The position numbers were made by a program, and so were the translations under genes. Under the pieces are notes generated by a model. The model had not been told where the DNA came from and made no database searches. It was given only the letters and a program-made list of their open reading frames with translations. From the NCBI GenBank assembly GCA_002269645.1, contig NIVC01000027.1, positions 806,001 through 870,000 of the forward strand: a stretch of 64,000 nucleotides of DNA, in the 5' to 3' direction. Positions 12,710 to 26,077 of this stretch are shown here, piece after piece. How positions within the stretch are numbered: position 1 is the first letter of the stretch; each line of letters begins with the position of its first letter. The stretch comes from Macrostomum lignano (lineage: Eukaryota).

Positions 12710-14437
12710 ACATGACGCTTCTTTTGATTTTTACATGACGCTTCTATGATTTCTAAAATGACACTTACATTAGTTTTTATATAAGGCTTCTATGACTTTT
12801 TACATGACGCTTCTATGATTGTTTATATGACGTTTCTATGATGTTTTTAGCTCATTAGCTTTTGATGTTTGACGCTTCTATGATTTCTTAAATGACACTT
12901 CCATTAGTTTTTATATAAGTTTTGTAATAAGTTTTGTATAAGTTTTGTAATTTTTACATGACGCTTCTACGATTGTTTACATGACGTTTCTATGATGTTT
13001 TTACATGACGCTTCTATGATTTTTTACATGACGCTTCTATGATTTTTTACAGGACCCTTTTTTTTATTTTTACATGACGCTTCTATGATTGTCTACATGA
13101 CGCTTCTATACTTTTTTACATGACGCTTGTATGATTTTTTTACATGACGCTTCTATGATTTTTTACATGACGCTTCTATGATTGTTTACATGACGCTTCT
13201 ATGATTGTTTACATGACGCTTCTATGATTTTTCTACATGACGTTTCTATGATTTTTTACATGACGCTTCTATGATTTTTACATGACGCTTCTATGATGTT
13301 TTAAATGTCGCTTCTATGATTTTTTAAATGACGCTTCTATGATTTTTTACATGACGCTTCTATGATTTTTTACATGACGCTTTTATGATTTTTACATGAC
13401 GCTTCTATGATTGTTTACATGACGCTTCTATACTTTTTTACATGACGCTTGTATGATTTTTTTACATGACGCTTCTATGATTTTTTAAATGACGCTTCTA
13501 TGATTTTTATATGACGCTTCTACGATTTTTTACGTGACGCTTCTATGATTGTTTACATGACGCTTCTATGATTTTTTACTTGACGCTTCTATGATTGTTT
13601 ACATGACGCTTCTACGATTTTTATATGACGCTTCTATGATTGTTTTTATGACGCTTCTATGATTTTTTACATGACGCTTCTATGATTGTTTACATGACGC
13701 TTCTATGATTGTTTACATGACGCTTCTACGATTTTTATATGACGCTTCTATGATTTTTTAAAAGACGCTTCTACGATTTTTTAATGACGCTTCTATGATT
13801 TTTTACATGACGCTTCTATGACTTTTTAAATGACGCATCTATGATTTTTATATGACGCTTCTATGATTTTTTACATGACGCTTCTATGATTGTTTACATG
13901 ACGCTTCTATGATTTTTTAAATGACGCTTCTATGATTTTTTAATGACGCTTCTATGATTTTTTACATGACGCTTCTATGATTTTTTACATGACGCTTCTA
14001 TGATTGTTTACATGACGCTTCTATGATTGTTTACATGACGCTTCTATGATTTTTTACATGACGCTTTTATGATTGTTTTTATGACGCTTCTATGTTTGTT
14101 TACATGACGCTTCTATGATTGTTTACATGACGCTTCTTTGATTTTTTACATGACGCTTCTATGATTTTTTACATGACGCTTCTATGATTGTTTACATGAC
14201 GCTTCTATGATTTTTTACATGACGCTTCTATGATTGTTTTTATGACGCTTCTATGATTGTTTACATGACGCTTCTATGATTGTTTACATGACGCTTCTAT
14301 GATTTTTTTAAATTACGCTTCTATGATTTTTTTTAGATAACGCTTCTGCGATTTTTAAATGACGCTTCTACGATTTTTTACATGACGCTTCTATGATTGT
14401 TTACATGACGCTTCTATGATTTTTACATGACGCTTCT
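12710..14437. repeat. 23-bp satellite array inside Helitron A, monomer 2
   Basis: Tandem units. Confidence 0.95.
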
Positions 14438-16339
14438 TTTTAAAAAGTCTTTTAGTTTTCCTGATGTTGAAAAGCTTTAATTAAAAAAATTATACTCTAT
14501 GAAAATTCGAACCAATTCGAACCAAACTGCATTTAGCAGTTCAGTTTGTTCACCTCTAGGCTAGCTCTCATCGTTTTGATAACATCAAATTTTTCACTTA
14601 TATAATTCAACACTTTAAAATCCAAGCATAGAGTAAATTACACGAAGCAGTTATGACATAATCAGTTTCTCAGTCAGTCAGTATCAGTTAACAATATGGT
14701 TACGCAATTTAAATCAAGTCTGGTGCTACGCTTCCACACTGAGTTACAATTCAGTTATGATGCAATCTATTTCAGAATCAGAATTCAACCAGTCAGTTTT
14801 TTCTCTAGCATTCTTACAATGCATTTCAAGTCGAAAAGTTTGCTTGACCTTTGCAAAAAAGCATGTTTTTCGAATATTTAATGCCTTTAGCATCGAGCAA
14901 TTTCTTAGCCACGATGCATGTACCGTCACGGGAAAATTTCTGATCGAACAGTGCAAGTTCGAACAAATGAAATACACGTTTTTTAATAAGCTACATGTAG
15001 CCTTGAAATCCTAAAAATCTCCTGTCAAACTTCTAATAGCCCTATCCCCAACCCTAAACATAACCCTAAATTTAATATTTTGTCCATGAGTTTTTGCATG
15101 ATGCTTCTATGATTTTTTGCATGACGCTTCCATGATTTTTGCATGACGCTTCTATGCTAAACATTTTTAATAAGCTACATGAGCTAAGTTATAAGCTACC
15201 CTAACCCTAGCACTAACCCGAATCTTAACGCTATAACCCTAACCCTAACCATATACCCTAACACCAACGCTAACACTAACCCTACAGCCTGACATCTGTA
15301 TAAGTTTGTGAAGCGCTAGTAGTATTTTTTTAGCTTAGTATCTTAGCGTTGGGGAGCCAAAAAATGCAGTACAAGTTTTGTAATAAGCTACATGTAGCAT
15401 CACTTTGCAATATCTCTCTGCAATATTTGCATCTCTTTGCAATAATATACTGCTTTGCAAGCAGTCCCTTGTAAGCCTTGACATGTCAGTAATCCCCCCC
15501 CACAAGCTTTAACATTTCAACTTCCCCCCTTGACATCTCAGCGATGCTCCCATAAGCCATGAAATCTAAAAAAATCTGTCAACTTTCTAACCCTAACCCT
15601 AACCCTAACCTAACCTAACCCTAAAGCATTGACATTTCAGTAATTCTCTCTAAGAGTCATTATAGCACTACTACAGCATTATAGCGATTCCCTGCAAGCC
15701 TCGACATCGTAGGGATTCCCAAATGAATCTCTTAACTTCGACATGAAGCTTCTTATTTTTTACATTACGCTTTTTCTATCAGCGATCCCTCCCGTGAGGA
15801 GCCAACAAATAATGTAATAAAAGTTTTCAATAGACTACATGTAGCTTCTGACTTTAGCCTTGACATCTCATTTATTCCCCCATGAGCCTTGACATCTCAG
15901 CTATTCCCCTCGTAAGCCTTGAAATGTCAGCAATGCCCCCATAAACCTTGATATCTGAAAAATCCCCTGTTAACCTTGAAACCCGCTAAAATCTAACCCT
16001 CAACCTTTGACACTACGCTTTGACATCGTAGCAATTCCCAAATTAATATTTTAACTTCGATATGACTCTTCTTTTATGTATACATAGTGCTTCTTTTCTT
16101 TTTTACATGACTCTTCTTCTATCAGCGCCCCCCCCGTGGCGAGCCAACAAAGAAGGTAATAAAAAAATTGAGTAAACTACATGTACTTTGAAGTAGCTTC
16201 TGACTTTTGCTTTGACATCTCAGAAACCCCCCCCCCCCTAATCTCAGTTATTCTCCGTGAGCCTTGACATCTCAGTAATTCTCCCCAGCACAGCACAATA
16301 GCTTCATTTAATTTTTACATGACACTTCTTTCATGTCTG

Positions 16340-18600
16340 ACATGACGCTTCTTTTGATTTTTACATGACGCTTCTATGATTTCTAAAATGACACTTACAT
16401 TAGTTTTTATATAAGGCTTCTATGACTTTTTACATGACGCTTCTATGATTGTTTATATGACGTTTCTATGATGTTTTTAGCTCATTAGCTTTTGATGTTT
16501 GACGCTTCTATGATTTCTTAAATGACACTTCCATTAGTTTTTATATAAGTTTTGTAATAAGTTTTGTATAAGTTTTGTAATTTTTACATGACGCTTCTAC
16601 GATTGTTTACATGACGTTTCTATGATGTTTTTACATGACGCTTCTATGATTTTTTACATGACGCTTCTATGATTTTTTACAGGACCCTTTTTTTTATTTT
16701 TACATGACGCTTCTATGATTGTCTACATGACGCTTCTATACTTTTTTACATGACGCTTGTATGATTTTTTTACATGACGCTTCTATGATTTTTTACATGA
16801 CGCTTCTATGATTGTTTACATGACGCTTCTATGATTGTTTACATGACGCTTCTATGATTTTTCTACATGACGTTTCTATGATTTTTTACATGACGCTTCT
16901 ATGATTTTTACATGACGCTTCTATGATGTTTTAAATGTCGCTTCTATGATTTTTTAAATGACGCTTCTATGATTTTTTACATGACGCTTCTATGATTTTT
17001 TACATGACGCTTTTATGATTTTTACATGACGCTTCTATGATTGTTTACATGACGCTTCTATACTTTTTTACATGACGCTTGTATGATTTTTTTACATGAC
17101 GCTTCTATGATTTTTTACATGACGCTTCTATGATTTTTTACATGACCCTTTTTTTTATTTTTACATGACGCTTCTATGATTGTCTACATGACGCTTCTAT
17201 ACTTTTTTACATGACGCTTGTATGATTTTTTTACATGACGCTTCTATGATTTTTTACATGACGCTTCTATGATGTTTTAAATGTCGCTTCTATGATTGTT
17301 TACATGACGCTTCTATGATTTTTCTACATGACGTTTCTATGATTTTTTACATGACGCTTCTATGATTTTTACATGACGCTTCTATGATGTTTTAAATGTC
17401 GCTTCTATGATTTTTTTAAATGACGCTTCTATGATTTTTTACATGACGCTTCTATGATTTTTTACATGACGCTTTTATGATTTTTACATGACGCTTCTAT
17501 GATTGTTTACATGACGCTTCTATACTTTTTTACATGACGCTTGTATGATTTTTTTACATGACGCTTCTATGATTTTTTACATGACGCTTCTATGATTGTT
17601 TACAGGACGCTTCTATGATTGTTTACATGACGCTTCTATGACTTTTTTACATGACGCTTCTATGATTGTTTACATGACGCTTCTATGATTTTTTAAATGA
17701 CGCTTCTATGATTTTTTAATGACGCTTCTATGATTTTTTACATGACGCTTCTATGATTTTTTACATGACGCTTCTATGATTGTTTACATGACGCTTCTAT
17801 GATTGTTTACATGACGCTTCTATGATTTTTTACATGACGCTTTTATGATTGTTTTTATGACGCTTCTATGTTTGTTTACATGACGCTTCTATGATTGTTT
17901 ACATGACGCTTCTATGATTTTTTACATGACGCTTCTATGATTTTTTAAATGACGCTTCTATGATTGTTTACATGACGCTTCTATGATTTTTTACATGACG
18001 CTTCTATGATTGTTTTTATGACGCTTCTATGATTGTTTACATGACGCTTCTATGATTGTTTACATGACGCTTCTATGATTTTTTTAAATTACGCTTCTAT
18101 GATTTTTTTTAGATAACGCTTCTGCGATTTTTAAATGACGCTTCTACGATTTTTTACATGACGCTTCTATGATTTTTATATGACGCTTCTACGATTGTTT
18201 ACATGACGCTTTTATGATTGTTTACATGACGCTTCTATACTTTTTTACATGACGCTTGTATGATTTTTTTACATGACGCTTCTATGATTTTTATATGACG
18301 CTTCTACGATTGTTTACATGACGCTTCTATGATTATTTACATGACGCTTCGATTATTTTACATGACTCTTCTATGATTTTTTACATGACGCTTCTATGAT
18401 TGTTTACATGACGCTTCTATGATTGTTTACATGACGCTTCAATGATTCTTTAAATGACGCATTTATGATTTTTATATGACGCTTCTATGATTTTTTAAAT
18501 GACGCTTCTACGATTTTTTACATGACGCTTCTATGATTTTTTAAATGACGCTTCTACGATTTTTTACATGACGCTTCTATGATTTTCACATGACGATTCT
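16340..18600. repeat. 23-bp satellite array inside Helitron A, monomer 3
   Basis: Tandem units. Confidence 0.95.
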
Positions 18601-19626
18601 TTTTAAAAAGTCTTTTAGTTTTCCTGACGTTGAAAAGCTTTAATTAAAAAAATTATATTCTATGAAAATTCGAACCATCGTCGCTGCATTTAGCAGTTCA
18701 GTTTGTTCACCTCTAGGCTAGCTCTCATCGTTTTGATAACATCAAATTCTGCACTTATATAATTCAACACTTGAAAATCCAAGCATAGAGTAAATCACAC
18801 GAAGCAGTTATGACATAATCAGTTTCTCAGTCAGTCAGTATCAGTTAACAATATGGTTACGCAATTTAAATCAAGTCTGGTGCTACGCTTCCACACTGCA
18901 TTTTCAATTCAAGTCGAAGTTACAATTCAGTTATGATGCAATCTATTTCAGAATCAGAATTCAACCAGTCAGTTTTTTTCTCTAGCATTCTTACGAGCTA
19001 CAATACATTTCAAGTCGAAAAGTTTGCTTGACCTTTGCAAAAAAGCATGTTTTTCGAATATTTAATGCCTTTAGCATCGAGCAATTTCTTAGCCACGATG
19101 CATGTACAGTCACGGGAAAATTTCTGATCGAACAGTGCAAGTTCGAACAAAATCGGTCCAGCCATTTTTTCTCTAATCGATCACATAGACACAGACAGAC
19201 CATTTTTAGTATATAGGAAGTATATTTAGAAGAGATTTAGTATATTTAGATTATGGACATTCAAGCAAGCAAGCATACAAACCTTAGAGATTTAGTATAT
19301 TTAGAAGGACTCCAACGTGAGAATGTGGCTAAGCACGTTTGAAGACTTCGCCGACGACTGCGAATGGGACGACAAGAAGAAGGCAAAGAAGCTGTGACTG
19401 CTGGTGACAGGAGAAGCGCAAATCTTCGTCTGGGAGCAGCCGGCAGACGTGTCAGCCAGCTATGAAAGGCTGAAGGAGAAGCTGATCGAGTGCTTCGGCA
19501 ACAGTCTGAGCTGCTACAGAGCAATGGAGGAGTTTGAAGAGCGAAAGCGACAGCCCAACAAGTCGCTGAGGGAGCTCGCCTACAGCCTGAAGCTTCTCCA
19601 CCTTCGGGCCCGCCCGGACGACTCCG

Positions 19627-19690
19627 GGTCCAGCCATTTTTTCTCTAATCGATCACATAGACACAGACAGACCATTTTTAGTATATAGGA
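19627..19690 (-). mobile_element. 64-bp Helitron 5' head fragment fused head-to-tail to the CTAG end of Helitron B
   Basis: Minus strand reads ...GATTGCTAG|TCCTATATACTAAAAATGGTCTGTCTGTG...; matches ~19155-19218. Confidence 0.85.
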
Positions 19691-22553
19691 CTAGCAATCT
19701 ACGCCCCCCGTTGGGGAGCCAAAGAAATGCAATACACGTTTTTTTAATAAACTACATGTATCCTTGAAATCTTAAAAAATCTCCTGTCAAACCTTGTAAG
19801 TCTTGACATGTCAGTAATTCCCCCCCCCACAAGCTTTAACATATCAACTTCCCCCCTTGACATCTCAGCAATGCCCCAAATAAGCCTTGGAAATCTAAAA
19901 ATATCTGTCAACCTTCTAACCCTAACCCTAGCCTAACCCTAACCCTAACCCTAACCCTAACCCTAACCTAACCCTAAAGCATTGAAATTTCAGTAATTCT
20001 CTCTAAGAGTCATTATAGCACTACTACAGCATTATAGCGATTCCCTGCAAGCCTCGACATCGTAGAGATTCCCAAATGAATCTCTTAACTTCGACATGAA
20101 GCTTATTTTATTTTTTACATTACGCTTTTTTTATCAGCGATCCCTCCCCAGAGGAGGCATCAAATAATGTAATAAAAAGTTTTCAATAAACTACATGTAG
20201 CTTCTGACTTTAGCCTTGAAATCTCATTTATACCCCGTGAACCTTGACATCTCAGATATTCCCCCGTAAGTCTTAACATGTCAGCGATGGCCCCCATAAA
20301 CCTTGAAATCTAAAAAATCCCCTGTTATTCTGTTAACCTTGAAATCCGATAAAATATAACCCTCAACCCACACCTGACCTAAACCTAACTTTAACCCAAC
20401 CTAAAGCCTTGAAATCTCAGCAATTCTTCTCCCCTAAGCCTTGACATTTTAGTGATTCCTTCTTTAAGAATCACAGCACTATAACGATTTCCACCAAGCT
20501 TTGACATCGTAGCAATTCCCAAATGAATCTTTTAACTTCGACATGACTTTTCTTTTATGTATACGTAGTGCTACTTTTATTTTTTACATGACTCTTCTTC
20601 TATCAGCGCCCCCCCGTGGCGAGCCAACAAATAATGCAATAAAAAAATTGAGTAAAGTACATGAACTTTGAAGTAGCTTCTGACTTTTGCTTTGACATCT
20701 CAGAACCCCCCCCCTCGTAATCTCAGTTATTCTCTGAGAGCCTTTACGTCTCAGTTTTTCTCCCCAGCACAGCATTATAGCTGCATTTAATTTTTACATG
20801 ACACCCTTCATGTCTGACATGACGCTTCTTTTATTCTACCATGATGCTTCTTAATTTTTTAAATGACACTTTCATTAGTTTTTAAATGAGGCTCCTATGA
20901 TTTTTTCATGACGCTTCTATGATTTTTACATGACACTTCTATGATTTTTTATATGACGCTTCTATGATTGTTTATATGACGCTTCTATGCTTTTTACATG
21001 ACGCTTCTATGATTTTTTTACATAACGCTTCCATGATTGTTTACATGACGCTTCTATGATTGTTTACATGACGCTTCTATGATTGTTTACATGACGCTTC
21101 TATGATTTTTTACATGACGCTTCTATGATTGTTTACATGACGCTTCTATGATTGTTTATACGACGCTTCTATGATTTTTACATGACGCTTCTATGCTTTT
21201 TACATGACGCTTCTATGATTTTTTACATGACGCTTCTATGATTGTTTCATGACGCTTCTATGATTTTTTACATGGCGCTTCTATGATTGTTTACATGACG
21301 CTTCTATGATTTTTTACATGACGCTTCTATGATTGTTTACATGACGCTTCCATGATTTTTTACATGACGCTTCTATGATTGTTTACATGACGCTTCTATG
21401 ATTGTTTACATGACGCTTCTATGATTGTTTACATGACGCTTCTATGCTTTTTACATGACGCTTCTATGATTTTTTACATGACGCTTCTATGATTGTTTCA
21501 TGACGCTTCTATGATTTTTTACATGGCGCTTCTATGATTGTTTACATGACGCTTCTATGATTTTTTACATGACGCTTCTATGATTGTTTACATGACGCTT
21601 CCATGATTTTTTACATGACGCTTCTATGATTTTTTACATGACGCTTCTATGATTGTTTACATGACGCTTCTATGATTGTTTAAATTACGCTTCTATGATT
21701 GTTTACATGACGCTTCTATGATTTTTTACATGACGCTTCTATGATTGTTTACATGACGCTTCTATGATTTTTTACATGACGCTTCTATGATTGTTTACAT
21801 GACGCTTCTATGATTTTTTACATGTTGCTTCGATTTTTTTACATGACGATTCTTTTTAAAAAGTCTTTTAGTTTTCCTGACGTTGAAAAGCTTTAATTAA
21901 AAAATTATACTCTATGAAAATTCGAACCATCGTCGCTGCATTTAACAGTTCAGTTTGTTCACCTCTAGGCTAGCTCTCATCGTTTTGATAACATCAAATT
22001 TTGCACTTATATAATTCAACACTTTAAAATCCAAGCATAGAGTAAATCACACGAAGCAGTTATGACATAATCAGTTTCTCAGTCAGTCAGTATCAGTTAA
22101 CAATATGGTTACGCAATCTAAATCAAGTCTGGTGCTACGCTTCCACACTGCATTTTCAATTCAAGTCGGAGTTACAATTCAGTTATGATGCAATCTATTT
22201 CAGAATCAGAATTCAACCAGTCAGTTTTTTCTCTAGCATTCTTACAATGCATTTCAAGTCGAAAAGTTTGCTTGACCTTTGCAAAAAAGCATGTTTTTCG
22301 AATATTTAATGCCTTTAGCATCAAGAAATTTCTTAGCCACGATGCATGTACAGTCACGGGAAAATTTCTGATCGAACAGTGCAAGTTCGAACAAAATCGG
22401 TACAGCCATTTTTTCTCTAATCGATCACATAGACACAGACAGACCATTTTTAGTATATAGGAAGTATATTTAGAAGAGATTTAGTATATTTAGATTATGG
22501 ACATTCAAGCAAGCAAGCATACAAACCTTAGAGATTTAGTATATTTAGAAGGA
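19691..22553 (-). mobile_element. Non-autonomous Helitron B, monomer (2.86 kb) with internal 23-bp satellite (~20815-21853)
   Basis: Same hairpin-CTAG 3' end at 19691 and same 5' ends (22462 inner, 22553 outer) as Helitron A. Confidence 0.85.
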
Positions 22554-23256
22554 CTCCAACGTGAGAATGTGGCTAAGCACGTTTGAAGACTTCGCCGACG
22601 ACTGCGAATGGGACGACAAGAAGAAGGCAAAGAAGCTGTGACTGCTGGTGACAGGAGAAGCGCAAATCTTCGTCTGGGAGCAGCCGGCAGACGTGTCAGC
22701 CAGCTATGAAAGGCTGAAGGAGAAGCTGATCGAGTGCTTCGGCAACAGTCTGAGCTGCTACAGAGCAATGGAGGAGTTTGAAGAGCGAAAGCGACAGCCC
22801 AACAAGTCGCTGAGGGAGCTCGCCTACAGCCTGAAGCTTCTCCACCTTCGGGCCCGCCCGGACGACTCCGTGGCGGCTCGGGAGAAGGACGTGAAGTTTC
22901 GCCTGATGCGCCTCCTGCCATCTGCCGTGAGAGATGCGCTGCTGAAGGACCAGGAAGCGGACTCGTGTTCGCTGGCCGCCGTCGTCGACAGAGCTGCGCA
23001 GCTTGAGCTGGTGAGCCACGCGACTACAGCCTCATCAGCTGCGGTGTCGGTGGATGACAGACGGCTGAGCCAGCTGGAGCAGCAGATGCAGCAGCTGACA
23101 GCCAGCGTGCGAACGGGACCACCCGGAAGAGACAGGCGTCAGAAGGGACCCAATAAGTGCTTCAGCTGCGGCGAGCCGGGTCACATCGCTAGGCGGTGCC
23201 CAAAGGCGATCGGCAGCCGTTGCAGCCGATGATCAGGCAAGGGTCACTCCGCCGCA

Positions 23257-24132
23257 AAATTGTACGTATCGATATCAGTTAATAGTTCAATGTATCAATC
23301 TGGGTCTTGATCCCATTTCATTTTTAACAATGATTCCTAACTGGCAGTAGGCAAAGAAATAAAATGCGCAGGGTCAAGGCCGTAGGCTATGTACCAGGTA
23401 TCTCTAAAGGTTTCAAACACATCAGCTAGTAGGAAAACATCAGTGAACAGATAAATTAAGTGGTAATCAAGAAATTTTTTACAATTGAATTGATAATAAA
23501 CATGCTTTGCATGCTCATAGTCATCATCAGAGATTCCAGAGTTCGTCAGCTGAGAATGAAAATTTTCTTTAGAGAGAAGTCCTTTTTCAAATACATGTAC
23601 GTGATAATCTTTCACATATTCATACGGGTAAAATCCTTTTTTCTCAAAAGTTTAAATGTCTCATCAGGGTTATTATGCATTTTGCTAGCAAATATTTTAG
23701 TAAAAAGTGCACTGATTGTCAGTTAAATTTTTACTTAAGGTATCCAAACTCGCGCCTAGAAACTGATAGGAGTCTTTTATTTTTACTTTTCCTGTTTTCT
23801 GTTTAATTCCGAGACACTTAAACTTTTCTTTATTCTCCGCGATGCAATCAAGTTTGATGTTTGGAATCGCCCCAATTTTTTCAACCAATAAATGAAAATC
23901 ATAGCCACGCCCGTTGTGGAAAAATACAGTTAAATCCCGAATATTTGATTTTAATTTTAGATTGCAATTGTTATGTGCAGCACCCCTAAATTTACCTGTT
24001 AAGTGGCCGTGGTCTTCGACTTTGGGATTTTTTATGTCACTGGGGGTTAATTGCTTTTGACAGATGTGGCAATGAGTAGCTGATTAAAAAACCTCTTCAT
24101 CAGCTTGTGACATGTTGATTGGTTCTACGATG
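23257..24132 (-). pseudogene. pPolB: Polinton/Maverick pPolB, N-terminal/exonuclease remnant
   Basis: CHICQK...EDHGHLTGKFRGAAHNNCNL, FFHNGRGYDFH, DSYQFLGASLDTL, ISDDDYEHA...TDVFLLADVFETFR..YGLDPAHF, IELLTDID; motif A region deleted at the gag junction. Confidence 0.9.
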
Positions 24133-24136
24133 AATT

Positions 24137-24190
24137 AAATTCCTAAATTCTAAATTCTAAATTCTAAATTCTAAATTCTAAATTCTAAAG
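24137..24190. repeat. 7-bp tandem repeat (AAATTCT)n
   Basis: About 7 consecutive units. Confidence 0.9.
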
Positions 24191-24202
24191 ATTCAAAATT
24201 CC

Positions 24203-24775
24203 TCACTTTACCTGTGTTTGTGGAAACTCTTCCTTCAAAAAATGCATCCGGCTATCAGTGGCATTTCTCAGAAGATTAATTGCCGATGCTAAATTTGTTC
24301 TCAAGCCATTAATTTGCGCGACTACCGAAGTTATTTCTGACCTTAGTTCATTAGTTGCGTGTACAAACTGCATATGAAGCTTATCACTTTCAAACTTCTG
24401 CTTGGCTACTTTATATCGGAGATCTTCTATGTTTACGAGCAGTTGGTGTACCGACCGTTCCAATTGTTTTAGTCGATTTTTTATTGGCCCTATGGGTATT
24501 TTGTTGTACTCTTTATTTGCAACTCAGTTTGTCCTAAATTACCATAGACTAATTTCCTTTTACAGTTCTTTCTCGCAGTTAAGTTTCTCGCCCCAAGCCT
24601 TCTCATCGTTAACTCATAAAATAAATGCAATTCAAATCTAAGTTAAGTTGTAGTTTCACTACAGCCCGATCTCTGGGATCTGTTCATCAGTGTTAATATA
24701 GCGCCTGTCAAGGAAGGATGTTGTGAGAGTTCCATTGCCTGTAGTTGACTCACCTGCAAAATTTACAGACAGCAT
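24203..24775 (-). pseudogene. Uncharacterised Polinton ORF with coiled-coil C-terminus, interrupted by a solo LTR
   Basis: Removing 24491-24663 plus one TSD gives the continuous frame MLSVNFAG...EIG|PIKNRLKQLERSVHQ... Confidence 0.6.
24491..24663 (+). mobile_element. Solo LTR related to Gypsy B LTRs (TAT...CTACA), 4-bp TSD GCCC
   Basis: Aligns end to end with 25836-26007; GCCC at 24487-24490 and 24664-24667. Confidence 0.85.
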
Positions 24776-24824
24776 GGTTCCTAAAGAATAAAGAATAAAA
24801 AGAATAAAAAATTAAAGTAAAATT

Positions 24825-25600
24825 CTTTTCTCCTTGTTAATCATGACAAACTGATAGGGTTGGTTCCACTTTTCATAGCACAGGTTGACAAATTCCTCCT
24901 GTGATATTTTTCCGTTTTGAGAGTTCGGTTGGGAATTGGGTTTGAAGCTTTGATTAGTGAGATGGTGAAATTACCTCGTTAAGAATCTTTTTAGTCGATC
25001 CTGTGGTATGGTTGGGAAAAGGAGAATCAAATTACAGTTTCCACGAATCGTTTTATTTAGCAATTCAAACCAGTTTTGGGCAATATAAATAACGTTGCAA
25101 TTATTGTGTCTACCCCGGGTGAAATAATTTTCTATCTGTTTCTGGGGACCGGTCATGCAGTCATCGAAGACAATCAGGTGCTTTCTCCCCTTTTCTAGTT
25201 CATCAGGTTGAGGTAAGAGTTTAGTTTTAGGATCTATCTGTGGATCTCCATAAGTGAAAACTTTAATGCTTTGCCACTTTTCATTGTCTGGGATGTGCTT
25301 TGCGTATTCAGTGGCTACAACTTCCGGGTTGCTGTTGAGGTCTTCTTGATGTCTAAAGCACTGAATAATATCTTCCTTGTTGAGTTTGTTTTGCAATCCT
25401 GCTACTAGCAGTTTATATTCATCTTGGTACAGAGTGGGTGAATGAATATGTAGTGTGTCATAGTCGGAGAATCCAGGTCTGAGGAGCATGTTAAAAACTC
25501 TGAAGGTTTTCCCTGAACCAGATGAGCCAACAAAAATGCATCGGAAGTACCCTGGAATTAGCTGGTTGTGAGCAAATTTTATCTGATTGCGTGTCCAATG
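24825..25600 (-). pseudogene. Polinton A32/FtsK-like packaging ATPase
   Basis: Walker A FVGSSGSGKT (25518-25547) in frame with ORF 24971-25489; Walker B LIVFDD; YFTRGRH..CNVIYIAQNWF..IRGNC; C-terminal tail out of frame. Confidence 0.9.
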
Positions 25601-26077
25601 GGGATAGAAGTCGTTTGTAAAGTCCTTTTTTATTTAATATTTATTTTTTGTGTCTTTACAGCTACACTACTGGCTGCTTCAGCAATATTCTTTATGTTTT
25701 CTTTGTTCTCACCAACCACCTTAAAGATCCGGGCCCCTTGTGCGATCAGATCGGCGAGGCCATTTCCAGAGCGTTCTTTTCTTGGATAGTGACCTGCATG
25801 AAATAGACCAGATCCCCTTTTCATGAGATTGAGTTTATAGATATTTTGTTATACTTTTATTTGCGGCTCGGTTTGCCATGATTTTACCATAGATTAATTT
25901 CCTTTTAGCTCGTACAGTTCTTTCTCGCAGTTAAGTTTCTCGCCCCAATCCTTTCATCTTTTAACTCATAAAATATATTTTTCAAGTTTACTTGTAGTTT
26001 CACTACATATTGGTCCGGTGAGGCGGATCTGATAAAGATATTACTCGCATACTCAGTACTCACAGAAGACAAACCCA

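Larger units (their letters stand above)
6376..19309 (-). mobile_element. Non-autonomous Helitron A, trimeric concatemer carrying the 23-bp satellite (12.9 kb)
   Basis: Minus-strand 3' end CCCCAACGGGGGGCGTAGATTGCTAG (GC hairpin + CTAG) at 6376; 5' TC start at 19309 (inner start TCCTATATACTAAAAATGG at 19218, followed by GTCT repeats and GGCTGGACCGATTT); no TSD; removal restores gag frame. Confidence 0.85.
6326..23260 (+). pseudogene. gag: Gypsy A gag, split: 6326-6375 + 19310-19626 (duplicate) / 22554-23260; truncated after the zinc knuckles
   Basis: Joining 6375 to 19310/22554 restores MAKSEQASLLPPKFSGD|SNVRMWLSTFEDF in frame; CFSCGEPGHIARRC knuckle plus a second broken knuckle; internal TGA stops. 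Confidence 0.88.

Noticed and set aside
1-22000. Repeat-plus-spacer pattern as a CRISPR array
   Set aside because: Units are contiguous with no unique spacers, there are no cas genes and the context is eukaryotic
2631-22460. Repeated short ORFs (MVTQFKSS..., MYFICSN..., MMQSISE...) as genes
   Set aside because: They lie in the non-coding Helitron head, overlap in three frames and have no recognisable motifs
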